Counted from the first letter of the stretch, positions 17,457 to 28,616 are shown. The stretch is 64,000 bases of DNA from Candidatus Heimdallarchaeota archaeon (GCA_020353515.1 CP070695.1:3009428-3073427); one strand, 5' to 3'. The notes: generated by a model from the letters alone, not told the origin. Numbers and translations: made by a program.

Positions 17457-18809
17457 TTATTGTTCAGTGAAAGATGCTACTTCATTAGTTCCGAAATTTA
17501 TTTTGATATTCTCGCTACTGCCTTCTGTTGGTTTGAACCTCATAGACAGAGTAAAGAAAAAGACGGATATTATTCCCATTGATCCTAAGATAAATGCAGT
17601 GGTTGAAATCCCTAAGTTTTTAATTAAAGAACCTCCAATAATCGCAACGGGGGCACTTGTGATTAATAACAAAGTTGGTATTAATGAATAGATTGAATTT
17701 CTATTTTGATCGGGTATCGAGTCCAAGAAGAACCTTGAGTTTAAAATCATCTTAAGACCATGAAAAAAGTAAATAGGAGTGTAAAATAGCATAAAGGAGA
17801 AAATAGCTAAGGGATTGAAGGTGTTTGTGTCAAGGGGAAACCAAGTGGTTAAAATGGCAACCCCCCAGTAAAATAATACTGTATCAATAAAGGTCAAACT
17901 GGGAATCCAAGTAATTTCCATATTAACAGCTACTTTTGAGGCCAAAAAAATTGAAACAGATCCCAATAGTAAGATAACAAGTCTCATAAGCCCAACACCA
18001 CCATCAGATCCTGTATAAGACAAATATACTGGAAATAACATCATTTCAACCCATACTATAACAACTGTACTGCTGAAGCATAAACCTAATAAGAAAAAAA
18101 GCATAGTCTTGTTGAAAAATGCAAAATGAAGCCCACCACCTAACAATTTGAAATAATTCGTAATAGATCTTCGTGGACGTTCAATCCCAGGAAAATCTCT
18201 GACAATAATTAAAAAAACAATAGCGAACAAAGCCAGTCCTGCTGCTTGAATAAGAAAAACGGCTTGTCTGTAAAAAATTGTAGCAAGTATCCCTCCAAGA
18301 GCAGTTGCAATTCCAGGTACTATATTACCAATAGCAGTCCATCTTCCACTCAGGAATTTGTAAATTTTCCTTTCAGGATCACTTTTATCAGCTACTACCT
18401 TATAGTTATTGTCAAACCAAGTGTCAATAGCACCAGATTGTTGAGATGCTGCAATCGCTTTAAGGATATATGCAATCAGGAGGGTAGAGAATGAATCAGC
18501 AAAAAATAACGAAATATAAGCTATAGCCTCTAGAAAAAATCCAGTGAAAAGGATCCAACGTTGGCCAATCCAATCACCAAAGGCTCCACTTGGATAATCT
18601 AGAAGAGCCTGTAGAACAAAACTCACAGCAATAAGCACACCTAATAGCTCGATACCCACCAAATCAATCACAAAAAGGGCAAAAAAGGCAGAAGAGAGAG
18701 TCCAGAATAATCCGAGAATCATGGTAGAATAAAATACTTTCATCACGAACTTTTGTGCCCTATCAGGGAGTTCTTGAATGCCTAGAAATGTATTCAAAAA
18801 TCTAAACAC
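17457..18809 (-). CDS. MFS transporter
   Basis: About 12 TMs; motif A variant DYPSGAFGDWIGQRW; paralog of 25478-26839. Confidence 0.9.
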   Translation of the reverse strand: MFRFLNTFLGIQELPDRAQKFVMKVFYSTMILGLFWTLSSAFFALFVIDLVGIELLGVLIAVSFVLQALLDYPSGAFGDWIGQRWILFTGFFLEAIAYISLFFADSFSTLLIAYILKAIAASQQSGAIDTWFDNNYKVVADKSDPERKIYKFLSGRWTAIGNIVPGIATALGGILATIFYRQAVFLIQAAGLALFAIVFLIIVRDFPGIERPRRSITNYFKLLGGGLHFAFFNKTMLFFLLGLCFSSTVVIVWVEMMLFPVYLSYTGSDGGVGLMRLVILLLGSVSIFLASKVAVNMEITWIPSLTFIDTVLFYWGVAILTTWFPLDTNTFNPLAIFSFMLFYTPIYFFHGLKMILNSRFFLDSIPDQNRNSIYSLIPTLLLITSAPVAIIGGSLIKNLGISTTAFILGSMGIISVFFFTLSMRFKPTEGSSENIKINFGTNEVASFTEQ

Positions 18810-18932
18810 TGTTGTCTTATTCCTAAAGGTATTTTTAGATAAACTAACCCAAATATGCTCTTGATAAATTCAGGAATGTGAAATAACCTAAGAGACTTAA
18901 AAGAATATTTGATCTGGTAATATATTCAATAT

Positions 18933-20063
18933 TTAAGACTCAGGAAAAGTTACTTCAAAGTATTGCTCCTTCGATAATTTAAGGGGCTGTAACTGAATCC
19001 AATCATTATATTTTGGCGGTCCAAAGCAAATATTGAGGGAAAGATTAGTCAAATCAGTGAGAAGGGAGTACATCGTCCCAAAACCTTCTTGATAAAGATG
19101 AGCACTTGGACCATTAGGATACTCTTGACTAAATAGGTCTTTGAGTTGCTGGGTATTAATATTTGGTTGATGCCTCTGTACAAAATTTTTAAGCAAACTT
19201 TTACGGGTCATTGAATTTTGTAGAAATGGTTCACCATTCAAAATGCCATCATTGTATGAATTATATGGAACCATTTCTGGGTTGAGATAGTGATTCGTGG
19301 CGTATAAGTATTGAAATTCAGAGCTCTCATCGATGATGTCGATACTATATTTACCATCAAGCCATTCAACACGGATCGCATTACCCCCTTGATCAGCAAT
19401 TGAAAAAATATAGGGAAAGCTAACAGGAAGCTCTTTAATAAGGTCAATTGCTTGATCAATACTTGCACATTGTTCAAGTATGGCCCGAACAAAAACTGCA
19501 AGACCGAATCCTCGAGTTGTTAAGGGATATGCAAAAGCTCCTCCATTACTGATGAAAATCCCTAAACCTTTCTCATTAAAACCATTACCTCTACCAAATC
19601 CAAACCCCATGAAAGCAAAATGTTTTAATTTCTGGTCAACTTGACTGGTGACGAAAGTAAAGTCCTCTAATGGATCAAGATAAGACCATTCATTTGAATA
19701 AGCTACAATTGTGTTATTTAGTGAGGTCAGCTTCGGTAAAAGCGTTAGAACTGAACAATTTCGTGGAATATCATATGCTGTCTGAAAAAACTGGATTTTT
19801 TTAGGATTAAGGTTCAATCCATCACAAAAACCTTGAATTTCGTCTATTATTCCAGGACAAGCCACTTCTATAGAGCTTTTGAAATCATTAAAGCTATTAA
19901 AACCAAATTTTTTGAATTTAACTATATTATTTGAGATAAGAGATCGTTTATTAGGAAATTTGTCAATATTCTTTGCAACAGTGTATCCAACATCATATGA
20001 GGAGCCTTTGAGGACTGTTAGATAATATTTTTTCTTAATTAAATTCTTTTCATTCTTCTCCAA
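18933..20063 (-). CDS. Peptidase C45 family (Ntn-hydrolase, acyl-CoA:6-APA acyltransferase-like)
   Basis: EIQGFCDG, putative autoproteolytic nucleophile N-CS, GFNEKGL, ATNHY, GTMYS. Confidence 0.8.
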   Translation of the reverse strand: MEKNEKNLIKKKYYLTVLKGSSYDVGYTVAKNIDKFPNKRSLISNNIVKFKKFGFNSFNDFKSSIEVACPGIIDEIQGFCDGLNLNPKKIQFFQTAYDIPRNCSVLTLLPKLTSLNNTIVAYSNEWSYLDPLEDFTFVTSQVDQKLKHFAFMGFGFGRGNGFNEKGLGIFISNGGAFAYPLTTRGFGLAVFVRAILEQCASIDQAIDLIKELPVSFPYIFSIADQGGNAIRVEWLDGKYSIDIIDESSEFQYLYATNHYLNPEMVPYNSYNDGILNGEPFLQNSMTRKSLLKNFVQRHQPNINTQQLKDLFSQEYPNGPSAHLYQEGFGTMYSLLTDLTNLSLNICFGPPKYNDWIQLQPLKLSKEQYFEVTFPES

Positions 20064-20543
20064 ATCAATTCACATCCAAATTTGAAAAATTAGATCAGAT
20101 CCCAAAACATCTATTTAAAAGATTTAAAATTGAATTCCGTATGGTTCCATTTTGTAAGCTGGAGGGCCAGCTAGAGGGCATGTATGCTTCACACCTCAAA
20201 CTTTATTCTCTTCCAAGGTTAAATTGAGGTTTATAGCTATCAATTTCATTGTAAGATTGAGTTAGTTAATAAGGATTTCGTTTAGGGTATCTATTCCTAA
20301 ATCAAAGGAGAATTGATTATTCTCTCCCTAATAGAAGAAATTTCGATCAATTTCTTTGTTCAAAATTTAATGAAGAGAAAGATAATACTATCGAGTTTAA
20401 TTGCTTGATAACTAAAAACCCAAGTTTTAACAGATTTTGCACTAATTTTTCATTTAATTAATTATATTTTGGAGATATTTACCGTTTAAGACACTAAATA
20501 ACTAGATTAAAAAAGAAATCACCCTCCTTTTTTGCGTGTTTTT

Positions 20544-20816
20544 TCAGCTTTCTGGTATTTCTTCACGAGAAATTTCAATAACGACTGGTCGTTTGGGATC
20601 TGGACAACATCGTGAGTGAGTGTTATCCTTAAACCAAGGAAAACTCCCACCTGATTGCATCACTCTAATTGTAGGATAGATGGAGTTATAAGCCGATTGA
20701 CACAATTTACCGACATCTTCGGGAAAAGAAAACACTTCTCCTACTTTATGACCCCGAGGACAAGTTTTATCGCCAAGAATATCAGTAATTTCTAATTTAA
20801 TTTTATAATTCGTCAT
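20544..20816 (-). CDS. TIGR04076 family protein
   Basis: CPRGHKVGE.F, LCQSAYNSIYP, GGSFPW, CCPDPKRPVV. Confidence 0.85.
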   Translation of the reverse strand: MTNYKIKLEITDILGDKTCPRGHKVGEVFSFPEDVGKLCQSAYNSIYPTIRVMQSGGSFPWFKDNTHSRCCPDPKRPVVIEISREEIPES

Positions 20817-20983
20817 TTTCTTCGTAACCTTCTCTTATTTTTAGGAATGAATTCGCAAAGGAACAATTGTTTTTAGTTTTTGTGTAACTTGTTCACCATC
20901 AAAGCATTGAGTGATCCAAACAGTCAGTAAATTTTGGCTAGAAGAAAAGACAAATCGTCTTCAAAAATCGTCAAAAGAAGATA

Positions 20984-21811
20984 TTAGTTAAAATTCGATC
21001 CACGACCGTTAAGAGAACTCTGAGCTGAAATATGCTTGATTGCCCAGATAATGATCACAACAGCAATCAAAATGGCTCCTGTAGAAAAGATTAAATTAAC
21101 AGATTCCTCGAACGTAAGAGCAGCTCCCATAGTTAGGATGCCAAAGGCAATCGCAACGAAAAATAAAGGGTCACGTGAGGAATGACGTGAAAAATAATAA
21201 GTTAGAGACAAAGCAACTGAAATGAATCCAATAGGTAAGATAAGTTCTACTGCATCATGGAAAGTTAGAGCAAATCCAAAAGCTACAATTGCGAAAGCAA
21301 TCGCAACGAAAAATGACGGATCACGATGGGATTGTTGCGCAAAATAATATGTGAGAGTCAATCCAACAACCATAAAACCAAATGGTAGAATGATAGAAAC
21401 AGCATCGTCAATCATTAATGAAAAACCGATTGTTAGAACACCAAAAATAATGGCAACAAAAAAAGAAACATCACGTTCAGATTGCCGAGAAGCAAGAAAT
21501 GCACATGAGATACCGATGACTATGAATGTTATTGGTAGAATTATATCAAAGGAGTCGGGGATAATTAGGGAAATTGAAAAGGCTATTATCAAAACACCAA
21601 CAGCCAATACAATGTAATAAGATACTTGGGTCTGTTGTTGAGGAGTTAACTTACGGAAGGGAAGATCACGTGATATCTGTTCACGAGCTTGTTTTTTCAA
21701 CATTTCAATCTTAGTAACATCAGTAGGGGAGTCGGTCAGTTTACTACCACATACTGGACAGAAGATAGAACCATCCTCATTAGCAGAGCCACAATTCTCA
21801 CAGAAACTCAT
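20984..21811 (-). CDS. Zinc-ribbon membrane protein with 50-aa internal TM-hairpin repeats
   Basis: N-terminal CENCG...FCPVCG. The motif S.RD.SFFVAI.F recurs every 50 aa (TCACG at 21171, 21321, 21471). Confidence 0.8.
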   Translation of the reverse strand: MSFCENCGSANEDGSIFCPVCGSKLTDSPTDVTKIEMLKKQAREQISRDLPFRKLTPQQQTQVSYYIVLAVGVLIIAFSISLIIPDSFDIILPITFIVIGISCAFLASRQSERDVSFFVAIIFGVLTIGFSLMIDDAVSIILPFGFMVVGLTLTYYFAQQSHRDPSFFVAIAFAIVAFGFALTFHDAVELILPIGFISVALSLTYYFSRHSSRDPLFFVAIAFGILTMGAALTFEESVNLIFSTGAILIAVVIIIWAIKHISAQSSLNGRGSNFN

Positions 21812-22197
21812 TGTTAAGACACCATACCAATTATCTTATAATAAGCACTTCACCAATAGGCAATCATCATCAATAATATAAAAAAACTAATTTTGAGGCA
21901 ACAATATACACCTCTTAATAGGCTAATATGTTAATTGGCAAGTTAACCTGTAAGAATATATCAGATAATTATACATTGATAACGAAATTCAGTCGAAAGA
22001 ATTAGCCATGACCTACTGATAATATTAACTAGCTTTTATACGTCAAATATCAATATGCTCTATAAAATTCTACAATTTAATTTTTATCATTTTGGTAACA
22101 AGTTCTCCCTTGATTATTCTCCACCGATGATGCTTCATTTGAGTTAAAGTATTAATATGTTGTATCACATCTTTCTTTAATCATCATCTGCTTCTTA

Positions 22198-23544
22198 TTG
22201 GTGAATATTTTGGAAGGAGAATCAGAAGAGTTTAGAATAAAAAGTATAAGCCCACGAAACTGGTTCATTATCTTCATCTTGGGCATTTCAGGACAAATTG
22301 CTTGGGCAGTAGAGAATTCCTGGTTCAACACATTTGTGTTTGATGAGTTAACTCCCAATCCTCAACCTGTTGCATGGATGGTTGCGGTAAGTGCCATTAC
22401 TGCTACTGTGACAACTTATATCATAGGTTCTCTTTCAGATAGAACCAAATCTAGGTGGGGACGTCGTAAACCCTTTTTAGTAGCGGGTTATTTCTTTTGG
22501 GGGATAACTACAGCTCTATTTCCTACCGTCTCGTGGATTGATGATGTTGGTATTGCAGTTGTTATGGTGATAATTGCTGATGCAATTATGACTTTTTTTG
22601 GTTCTACTGCTAATGATGCAGCTTATAATGCCTGGGTAACAGATATAACTGATCCAACCAACAGGGGACGTTTACAAGGTATAATTTCAACGACTACATT
22701 GTTAGCTAATCTTATTGCTCTTGGAGCTGCTGGGTTTGTTATTGATGCTTTTGGGTATTTTGTCTTTTTCTATGTGCTTGGAGGCATAGTTACCTTAACA
22801 GGAATTATTACTGCTATTGTGTTGAAAGAATCTGTTTCTACAACCGAAAATCGGGCTACAAGAAAACCTATTCTTCAAGATTTAATTGATACCTTGAAAC
22901 CTTCGACAGTAAAAGAAAACAAATTATTGTACTTATTATTCGGTTATATGGCTTTAACGGGAATAGCATCAAATATTTCCTTCCCGTATCAATTTATCTA
23001 TTTCGAACATCACTTGGGCTTCACAAAATCCGAAATTAGTATAATAGGAGCCGCGATTATTATGATTGCTGTTATAGTTTCAATTTTCTATGGTTTTATA
23101 AGTCATAAATTCAATAGAAAAGTTGTACTGTTTATACTACCCATTCTAGGACTAATTCCAGGCATTGGATTTATGTTAGTCCAAACAGCAGATATTTTTC
23201 TTATTATTCTGGTCGCAGGATCAAGTATAAGTCTGGGGATGATTTCAGGAATAACTCTTGGCGCGTGGATACAAGACAACTATCCATCAGGGAATATAGG
23301 TAGATTTCAAGGTGTACGTATGATTTTCTTTGTCCTTATCCCTATGGTGATAGGCCCCCCAATCGGTGCGTTTGTTATCGAAACGTTCGGAGTACCAACC
23401 ATTTTGAATGGCGAACCTGGGTTTATCCCTCCACCAGAAATCTTTCTTGCTAGTACTCTTTTTTCTCTGATTGCAATTGTTATTCTTTTCTTTATAACCA
23501 TGGAGCAAGGTTTAGAACATCTAAAAAGAGGGAAGGAGGCCTAA
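22198..23544 (+). CDS. MFS transporter (sugar/glycoside-type)
   Basis: GSLSDRTKSRWGRRKPF motif, about 12 TMs; 2 nt upstream of the GH2 gene. Confidence 0.9.
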   Translation: MVNILEGESEEFRIKSISPRNWFIIFILGISGQIAWAVENSWFNTFVFDELTPNPQPVAWMVAVSAITATVTTYIIGSLSDRTKSRWGRRKPFLVAGYFFWGITTALFPTVSWIDDVGIAVVMVIIADAIMTFFGSTANDAAYNAWVTDITDPTNRGRLQGIISTTTLLANLIALGAAGFVIDAFGYFVFFYVLGGIVTLTGIITAIVLKESVSTTENRATRKPILQDLIDTLKPSTVKENKLLYLLFGYMALTGIASNISFPYQFIYFEHHLGFTKSEISIIGAAIIMIAVIVSIFYGFISHKFNRKVVLFILPILGLIPGIGFMLVQTADIFLIILVAGSSISLGMISGITLGAWIQDNYPSGNIGRFQGVRMIFFVLIPMVIGPPIGAFVIETFGVPTILNGEPGFIPPPEIFLASTLFSLIAIVILFFITMEQGLEHLKRGKEA

Positions 23545-23546
23545 AA

Positions 23547-25307
23547 ATGAGTTCCCAGGACTGGCATCCTGTTCCAGGGCAATTAATAACTCGTTGGGTA
23601 AAAGATCTTGATCCTTTAAACCCGTTACCAGATTATCCTCGACCACAACTATGTCGAGAAGAGTGGTTGAATCTTAATGGATTTTGGGATTATGCTGTTC
23701 GTCCAAAAAAACATACTGAAATTAATTCGTACGATGGAAAAATACTAGTACCCTTTCCTCTTGAATCCGCTCTATCTGGGGTAAAGAAGAAATTATCTCA
23801 TAAACAACGCTTATTCTACAGAAGATTTTTCTCTATACCCAAAACCTGGAAATCAAATAGAATTCTTTTACATTTTGGAGCGGTTGATTGGGAAACAAGA
23901 GTTAAACTCAATGGAAAGGAGGTGGGGTCACATAAAGGGGGTTTTATTCCTTTCTCCTTTGATATTTCAGAATTTATTAACTATGAAGAGGAAAATGAAT
24001 TAGAAGTTATTGTATGGGATCCAACAAACAAAGGCCGACAAGAACGAGGAAAACAATCATTAAGACCATCTCATGCTTTTTATACCGCTGTTTCAGGTAT
24101 TTGGCAAACAGTATGGTTGGAACCTGTCCCAATAGCATATATCAAATCAATTAAAGTCACATCAGACATTGATAATCAATTGGTCAAGCTAAAAGTCCAT
24201 GTTGAAAATATGCAACCTGGACAAAAAGTGACTATTGAGGTATTAGATGATAAGAAAAGAATTTTATCAACGGAAGGAAAAACTGAATTCATCTTAAACA
24301 TCCCCAGACCAAAACTGTGGAATCCAAAGTCACCATTTCTCTATGATCTTAAGCTCATGCTCTCAGATAAAACTGGATCTCTAGACATTGTAGATAGCTA
24401 TTTTGGTATGAGAAAGATCGAATTAAAATCCGATGAAGAGGGAATTCCTCGTATTTTGTTGAATAATCAACAAATTTTTCAATTTGGTCCACTAGATCAG
24501 GGATATTGGCCAGATGGATTGTACACTGCACCAACAGATGAAGCATTACGGTACGATATAGAGGTAACAAAGGATCTTGGTTTTAACATGACTCGGAAGC
24601 ATGTTAAAGTGGAACCCGCTCGCTGGTATCATTGGTGTGATAAAATGGGATTATTGGTATGGCAAGATATGCCTAATGGTGGGATCTTCAGTTTATTGAC
24701 CTTTAAGCTTATGTCCAGAGGACGAAGAAGTAGAGAAGTAAGACATCAGTTTCGAAGGGAATTGACTGAAATGATTGATTACTTGTATAATTTCCCCTCT
24801 ATTGTAGTTTGGGTACCTTTCAACGAAGGTTGGGGTCAGTTTGAGACCGAAGAAATTGTTGATCAAATAAGAAAACAAGACCAAACTCGATTGATTGATG
24901 CTGCCAGTGGTTGGTTTGATAAAAATGTAGGGGACATCAAAGACATACATAAATACCCAGGACCAGCATTAGAAACTGATTCTGCGCGTGTAGCTGTACT
25001 AGGTGAATTTGGAGGGCTTGGAATGAAAATAAATGGGCATTTTTGGACAGGAAAGAGGATATATTGGTCATATAGCAGATCAAAGACTATTGAAGAATTA
25101 GAAACAAAATATAAGGAATTAATTATAAAATTAAAGCCATTAATTACCCAAGGATTGACTGCTGCTATCTATACCCAGCTAACTGATATTGAAGGAGAAA
25201 TTAATGGGTATTACACTTATGATCGTGAGGTTCTTAAGATGGAAAAACAATTCCTCGGTAAATTACACAATGAGTTGTTCTCAGATTACATTTCCACAAG
25301 TGAATGA
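23547..25307 (+). CDS. Glycoside hydrolase family 2
   Basis: YPRPQL.R..W.NLNG.W, LHFGAVDW, SGIWQTVWLE, LDQGYWPDG, RKHVKVEP, FNEGWGQ (acid/base), GEFGG (nucleophile). Confidence 0.92.
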   Translation: MSSQDWHPVPGQLITRWVKDLDPLNPLPDYPRPQLCREEWLNLNGFWDYAVRPKKHTEINSYDGKILVPFPLESALSGVKKKLSHKQRLFYRRFFSIPKTWKSNRILLHFGAVDWETRVKLNGKEVGSHKGGFIPFSFDISEFINYEEENELEVIVWDPTNKGRQERGKQSLRPSHAFYTAVSGIWQTVWLEPVPIAYIKSIKVTSDIDNQLVKLKVHVENMQPGQKVTIEVLDDKKRILSTEGKTEFILNIPRPKLWNPKSPFLYDLKLMLSDKTGSLDIVDSYFGMRKIELKSDEEGIPRILLNNQQIFQFGPLDQGYWPDGLYTAPTDEALRYDIEVTKDLGFNMTRKHVKVEPARWYHWCDKMGLLVWQDMPNGGIFSLLTFKLMSRGRRSREVRHQFRRELTEMIDYLYNFPSIVVWVPFNEGWGQFETEEIVDQIRKQDQTRLIDAASGWFDKNVGDIKDIHKYPGPALETDSARVAVLGEFGGLGMKINGHFWTGKRIYWSYSRSKTIEELETKYKELIIKLKPLITQGLTAAIYTQLTDIEGEINGYYTYDREVLKMEKQFLGKLHNELFSDYISTSE

Positions 25308-25477
25308 ACAAATAACTGACCTATTAATCTAAATATGTTATCTTCTCCGAGACAGAGATTCCACGACGTCGAGCGAGTAAAACATTTAACAAATTAAATT
25401 AAATGCTAGTTAATCTAATTAAATGAGAAGTGACCCAAAGGGAAAAAGTGTCAAGTGGAAAAAAAAGTGGAGAGAAA

Positions 25478-26839
25478 TTATGGTCCTGTTGTTGCTGGTA
25501 TCGTTACTTGAATCCCCATTGATTCAAGCTTTTCTTTAGCTGCATTCATATAGAAAAACATCCCGATCGTAATCATAATCGCTGAAGTGACACCCACAAT
25601 AAAAGCTGCGGTAATCCCTGCTGGTAAACCATAACTCTCTATAAGAACCCCTGCTATCGGTAAAAGAAAAATTCCGAGAATTGAAATAATCGTGGGTATT
25701 AAAGAATATACAGCATTTCGATGTTCCGAAGGTACTAAGTCTACCATGACTCGTTGACGAAGAGTTGCTCCTAAATCGAATAAGGTAGGAATTGTGGCAT
25801 TTAGAATTATGAGAGAGATAACACACCCAATCAAATTTAGTTCATTTGTAATTGGCATTATAGAAGTCAATATAATAAATAAAGGATAGAAAAGTAAGAC
25901 AAATAAGAAGGTAACATGGGGGACCTTATCAGTTGTAAAACGCTGACTTAATTTCGCTGTATATAATGATATTGGGACTCCTACAAAAAATACAATTGTA
26001 CGAAGAGTCGAGGCAAGTCCATCCGAACCAGAGTAGCCAAAATATATTGGAAATAGAATAAGATTCCCCCAGATAGCAAATGATGCAAAGAGAAGAGCTG
26101 ATCCGAGAATGAAGAAAAATGCTGCTTTACTGCTTAAAAGGAATTTTACTCCTCCTGCGAGATGTTTAAAATAATTATTAGAAGAATGATCCATATTTAT
26201 TTTATTTTCGGAACTTTCATCAACTTTCTCATCAGTAACAACAATATAAACAAGAATGATGATGATGATGAGAGAAACAGCTTGCAAACCAAACACAAAT
26301 TGACGTGACATAAGTGTAGCTAAGATTCCACCAACCATGAATGAAAATGCTGATGCTACCCTAGTTGTTGTTATTACACGAGCACGACTAAACCCATAAA
26401 TTTTCCTCTCAGGATCAGAGTCACCTACGACTTTCTGATAATTATTATCCAACCAAGTGGCAATTGCTCCTGAATTTTGTGCATTACCAAACCCATTAAA
26501 GAACGCGATGATCATAAAGGCAGAAAATGTTTCAGCTGAAGTCGTCAAGAAAAAGGCTGTTCCATAACTTACGTAAGCTATTATGAGAACCCATCGTTGC
26601 CCAATCCAATCACCTAGAGAGCCAGATGGATAATCAAAAATTAATTGAACGAAGAAAGAGAAAGAAAGAGTAACACTAGTCAGTGCAAAACCGATCCTAT
26701 CTAGCGAATACAACACAAAAAATGTATTTGATAGAAGTAAAAGAAACGAACTAAATGATTGAAAGAGGAGAAATGACCTAATATAGTATTGGGCCCGTGT
26801 AGGTAATTGTTTAATCCCCAAATAGTTACTTATAACCAA
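25478..26839 (-). CDS. MFS transporter
   Basis: DYPSGSLGDWIGQRW; shares W.DNNY..V...SDPERKIY and RN..YSLIPT with 17457-18809. Confidence 0.9.
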   Translation of the reverse strand: MVISNYLGIKQLPTRAQYYIRSFLLFQSFSSFLLLLSNTFFVLYSLDRIGFALTSVTLSFSFFVQLIFDYPSGSLGDWIGQRWVLIIAYVSYGTAFFLTTSAETFSAFMIIAFFNGFGNAQNSGAIATWLDNNYQKVVGDSDPERKIYGFSRARVITTTRVASAFSFMVGGILATLMSRQFVFGLQAVSLIIIIILVYIVVTDEKVDESSENKINMDHSSNNYFKHLAGGVKFLLSSKAAFFFILGSALLFASFAIWGNLILFPIYFGYSGSDGLASTLRTIVFFVGVPISLYTAKLSQRFTTDKVPHVTFLFVLLFYPLFIILTSIMPITNELNLIGCVISLIILNATIPTLFDLGATLRQRVMVDLVPSEHRNAVYSLIPTIISILGIFLLPIAGVLIESYGLPAGITAAFIVGVTSAIMITIGMFFYMNAAKEKLESMGIQVTIPATTGP

Positions 26840-26897
26840 AATTAAACACCCTATCTATTTTATTGAAGTAAAGTCCTTTTTTCTTATTTTTGAACCA

Positions 26898-27107
26898 AAT
26901 TAATCCATTCAATTTGTCTTTGAATTAATCCATTCAGCAGAGATTTGAATGGGTACGATTTTTAAATATTCTCTTTAAGGTAAAAAAAAATCTTATAAAT
27001 AGAAAAAAAAAAGAGATTCAATTGGATAATATAAGTTTAAAACTTATCTGTTGGATAATACGTGACATTAAACCGATATATACCTATTCTATTATATATT
27101 GAATGGA
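26898..27107. promoter_or_regulatory. Three CCATTCA-N9-TGAATGG-type operators in the divergent MFS/regulator promoter
   Basis: CCATTCA-atttgtctt-TGAATTA (26905-26927), CCATTCA-gcagagatt-TGAATGG (26930-26952) and CTATTCT-attatatat-TGAATGG (27084-27106). Confidence 0.65.
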
Positions 27108-27150
27108 CATTTAAATAAAGAAGACAAAAATAAAGAATAAGAAATCAGTA

Positions 27151-27897
27151 ATGTGGATTCATATGCCAGCTCAAGAACAAGGATCGGCGCCTGTAGTACG
27201 ATTTGATTCTACTAGTTCCTGTCCTGAACTCTATTCATTTATTCAAGATATTGATAAAGTTAAAATCTTAGAATTACAAAGAGGATTTAATAAACCTCCT
27301 ATACGTCCAGCTATTATGAAAGTTTTACGTGAAGGCATAGAAGATGAGAGTACGAAACAAAAACGATATGCTCTCAATGCTCGTGAAATTAAACAGGAAT
27401 TAGATAAAAACGAAGGTCTAATAAAAAGCTTAGGAAAGAAAAAGCAAAAAGCTCTATCTGAAATCAGTTACACAAATCTCTATTTTCATTTAAATAAACT
27501 TCTCGAGGTGGGAGCAATTCATACAGTCGTTATAGCAATTGAAAGAAGTCATAGAATTGCCTACTACGGCCGAACCGCTCAGGTAATTTTGATACGTGAG
27601 CTAGAAACGATACTTCCTAAATATGAAGAGATTTTTGACGAATTTAGCAAGTTTGTTAAGATCTTAAAACCGAATTTTAATGTAGAAGAGATTAAAATAA
27701 TCCCAGAGCAATATTACAAGCTGAAAAACGAGCGAGAATTGATTATCGCTCATTGGGTTGCGGATCATGCTCATATCATTAGAGAAGCGAACATTGATTT
27801 TACCAACATCTTTAGTGCCTTAAAAATCATCGATACAATAAATCCCCAATATGAAACTCTTTTGAAAAAATTAGCTGATTTTTTACCAAAATCTTAG
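27151..27897 (+). CDS. Winged-helix transcriptional regulator (same broad family as each half of 10612-12099)
   Basis: IRPAIMKVL, LNAREIK, TNLYFHLNKLLEVGAI, YYGRTAQV. Confidence 0.75.
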   Translation: MWIHMPAQEQGSAPVVRFDSTSSCPELYSFIQDIDKVKILELQRGFNKPPIRPAIMKVLREGIEDESTKQKRYALNAREIKQELDKNEGLIKSLGKKKQKALSEISYTNLYFHLNKLLEVGAIHTVVIAIERSHRIAYYGRTAQVILIRELETILPKYEEIFDEFSKFVKILKPNFNVEEIKIIPEQYYKLKNERELIIAHWVADHAHIIREANIDFTNIFSALKIIDTINPQYETLLKKLADFLPKS

Positions 27898-28616
27898 ATT
27901 GAGATTTTGATAAGCTTAAATCTCTCTGGGACAATCACTTCAATATCAGGTAGTACTTTTTCCACAAGGACTCTGAATTTTTTCATTTCTTGTTTTTGGC
28001 CATGAATAGGAACAGCTATTTTTGGTTGCAAATCCATGACCATCGCAAGGGCTACTGCAGGAGAACAGGTCCTAGCAGTACCAATTGGTACAAATGCTAT
28101 ATCAGCTGACACGTCGGGATGTCGCCAATAACCCGAATCACCACCGTGAAAGACCTTTAATCTTCCTAAATTCACTAAATATTGACTTATTGGACCAACA
28201 TGAACTCCTCTTAGAGCTGACACCTCAAAATCATTTATCCTGTAAGTCTTAAAGGAAGAACCCGCATCACCAACTGTAAGTAAATTCGTAGGAACACTTG
28301 TGCTGAGTTCTTCGGAGGAGATTATGTCTGCTACTATGTGGGTTCCCGTCTCTGCGAATAACTGCAGAGCTTTTTCTTTGTTATAATGATCCCAATGATT
28401 ATGAGTGAACGAGAGGAGATCTAGATGCTCAATTGCCGATATCTCAGATAGATCTAGACCCTTCCCAGGGTCGAACGCCATAGTGAAAGTTTTCAATCTT
28501 AGAATAATTCCGCTATACCCTAGAAAAATGAATGCAGCATCATTATTATTTAATTCTAGGGAATACAGTGATTTTATTGCCTCTATTCGGTTTTGAGTCA
28601 ATGAAATGATCTCCAC
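27894..28616 (-). CDS. MBL-fold metallo-hydrolase (Lactamase_B_3-like)
   Basis: THNHWDH, H, FHGGDS, VPIH. Confidence 0.85.
   Translation of the reverse strand: MEIISLTQNRIEAIKSLYSLELNNNDAAFIFLGYSGIILRLKTFTMAFDPGKGLDLSEISAIEHLDLLSFTHNHWDHYNKEKALQLFAETGTHIVADIISSEELSTSVPTNLLTVGDAGSSFKTYRINDFEVSALRGVHVGPISQYLVNLGRLKVFHGGDSGYWRHPDVSADIAFVPIGTARTCSPAVALAMVMDLQPKIAVPIHGQKQEMKKFRVLVEKVLPDIEVIVPERFKLIKISI

Noticed and set aside
20115-20240. Possible UGA-readthrough or small ORF on the minus strand (..EENKV*GVKHTCPLAGPP..)
   Set aside because: No recognisable family, no supporting SECIS-like structure, too short to support.
14521-20816. Selenocysteine forms of TIGR04076 proteins
   Set aside because: Both copies encode Cys at the CPD motif and have no in-frame TGA.
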